Assembly (NCBI GenBank): GCA_963845535.1
Contig: CAWJSK010000019.1
Coordinates: 416,001 to 480,000 of the forward strand
DNA length: 64,000 nucleotides
Direction: 5' to 3'
Source: an uncultured Spirochaetota bacterium
GTDB taxonomy: Bacteria; Spirochaetota; Spirochaetia; SZUA-6; Fen-1364
The notes under the pieces were generated by a model. It ran no database searches. It was not told the origin of the DNA and was given only the letters and a program-made list of their open reading frames with translations. Each line of letters starts with the position of its first letter. Positions within the stretch are counted from its first letter, which is position 1. Below, piece by piece: positions 60,823 to 64,000 of this stretch. The position numbers and the translations under genes are program-made.

Positions 60823-61575
60823 TCATAGGGATGTGCCTTCGTTGATCACCCTCAGCGCGTTCAGTGTACGGGGATAGCCAATAAACGGCAGCAACTGCGT
60901 CACCGTGCTGACAAGCACGGCGCGGTCATTGCCGACGGCGAGATTCGCGGCGACGTGCCCTGCAATCTGGGACTCGCACCCGCCGAGCGCCGCAAGCATC
61001 GAGAACGTCAGAAGCTCGCGGATCTTCAGATCCAACCCGGTGCGCGTATAGAAGTCACCGAAGCAATTGGCCGTGAGGAGCCTCTGGACATGGGCCTGGT
61101 CCCTCGGAGACTCTTTGTGCATCCGGTCGATCCGATCTCCAAAGGCCCGTCTCTGAACTTCAAGACCCTTCTCGAACCTCGTCTCGGTCGTCGTTGTGGA
61201 CTGGTCCTCGAGCGGCAACGCGATCCCCCGAGTCCGCAATGCCGCGTTGGTGGCGTTAAGAAAGTCGAAGACCCGAGCCATCCCGACGTAGGGAACCGCT
61301 TGATAGACGATCTCTTTGACCTCGATCGGCGTCACGCCACCATTGAGCGCGCCGCTGAGCATGACGCTGTACTCGTTCACCGCCTGGCAGGCGATGATTG
61401 CCGCGAGTTGAACCATAAGTCGCGTCCTCTGGTCGAGGACTGACTCCTTCAGCACCTCGTCGAATGCCCAGTTGTCGAAGACTTCGACGAGCTGCGGATC
61501 GGTTCCCGCCAGGGTCGACCTGCGGTTCGCGAACAGCGAGTCGTGATTCCGCTGCGCCTCTCTGCTGATTGCCAT
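60823..61575 (-). CDS. Carboxymuconolactone decarboxylase family protein (duplicated domain)
   Basis: EIVYQAVPYVG, ANCFGDFYTR, PFIGYPRTLNA. Confidence 0.85.
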   Translation of the reverse strand: MAISREAQRNHDSLFANRRSTLAGTDPQLVEVFDNWAFDEVLKESVLDQRTRLMVQLAAIIACQAVNEYSVMLSGALNGGVTPIEVKEIVYQAVPYVGMARVFDFLNATNAALRTRGIALPLEDQSTTTTETRFEKGLEVQRRAFGDRIDRMHKESPRDQAHVQRLLTANCFGDFYTRTGLDLKIRELLTFSMLAALGGCESQIAGHVAANLAVGNDRAVLVSTVTQLLPFIGYPRTLNALRVINEGTSL

Positions 61576-61586
61576 GGCTCGCCTGT

Positions 61587-63672
<2,086 letters not shown>

Positions 63673-63738
63673 GGTCACCGTCTCCTTTATACGTGTTTGC
63701 CGTTTGTGGCGTGGTACGTCAAAATTGCGCCCGCCCTT

Positions 63739-64000
63739 TCATTTGGGAGCGAGCTCGCCGTACCAATAGGCGGCGGTTACTCCGCCGTCCATGAGGAAGT
63801 CGCTGCCGGTGATGAACTCACCGTCGGAACCCATGAGGAGTGCGCCAACGGTTGCCACCTCGTCTGGTGTGCCGGCGCGTCGCGCCGCAGACACCTCGAT
63901 CATGCGCCGGTATCCTGCGCCACGCGGCCCGTCGAGCTCGTCCCTGGCAAGCGGCGTGATAATGATGCCCGGACTGATGGTGTTGAGCCGCGCACCGCGC
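63739..64000 (-). CDS. SDR family oxidoreductase, 3' end (truncated by window)
   Basis: RLNTISPGIIITPL...GTPDEVA...FITGSDFLMDGG...ELAPK*. Confidence 0.85.
   Translation of the reverse strand, partial: RGARLNTISPGIIITPLARDELDGPRGAGYRRMIEVSAARRAGTPDEVATVGALLMGSDGEFITGSDFLMDGGVTAAYWYGELAPK

Overview
High-GC bacterial DNA, most likely from a free-living spirochaete. The gene orders gltX-glyQS-tyrS, rpsT-HU(Hbb-like)-lnt...bactofilin-cinA-rho-rpmE and galK-surE-TPR-NHL match conserved Treponema/Borrelia-type synteny as I recall it. About 1-49 kb is mostly core and anaerobic metabolism: aminoacyl-tRNA synthetases, two Lnt paralogs, stand-alone MetH-type modules, a four-subunit 2-oxoacid:ferredoxin oxidoreductase, a LarA-family enzyme, an AraM/EgsA-like dehydrogenase, a P3A-type H+-ATPase, an HD-GYP protein and BtuCD. 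From about 49.6 kb the window is accessory. It holds a patchwork of short gene remnants (TetR-like, IS21 end plus istA, a sugar permease joined to TonB, an internally deleted ahcY), an adenylate cyclase, a methyltransferase, an AraR-type-regulated GH42/sugar ABC locus and an oxidoreductase cluster. The most unusual signal is at the left edge: a structured, terminated RNA segment with three AGGGA-loop hairpins matching the CsrA/RsmA binding consensus, a candidate Csr/Rsm sponge RNA. Three genes carry single-base frameshifts at CCGG sites, probably sequencing artefacts. No rRNA, tRNA or CRISPR array was found. All calls come from reading motifs by eye; no searches were run.
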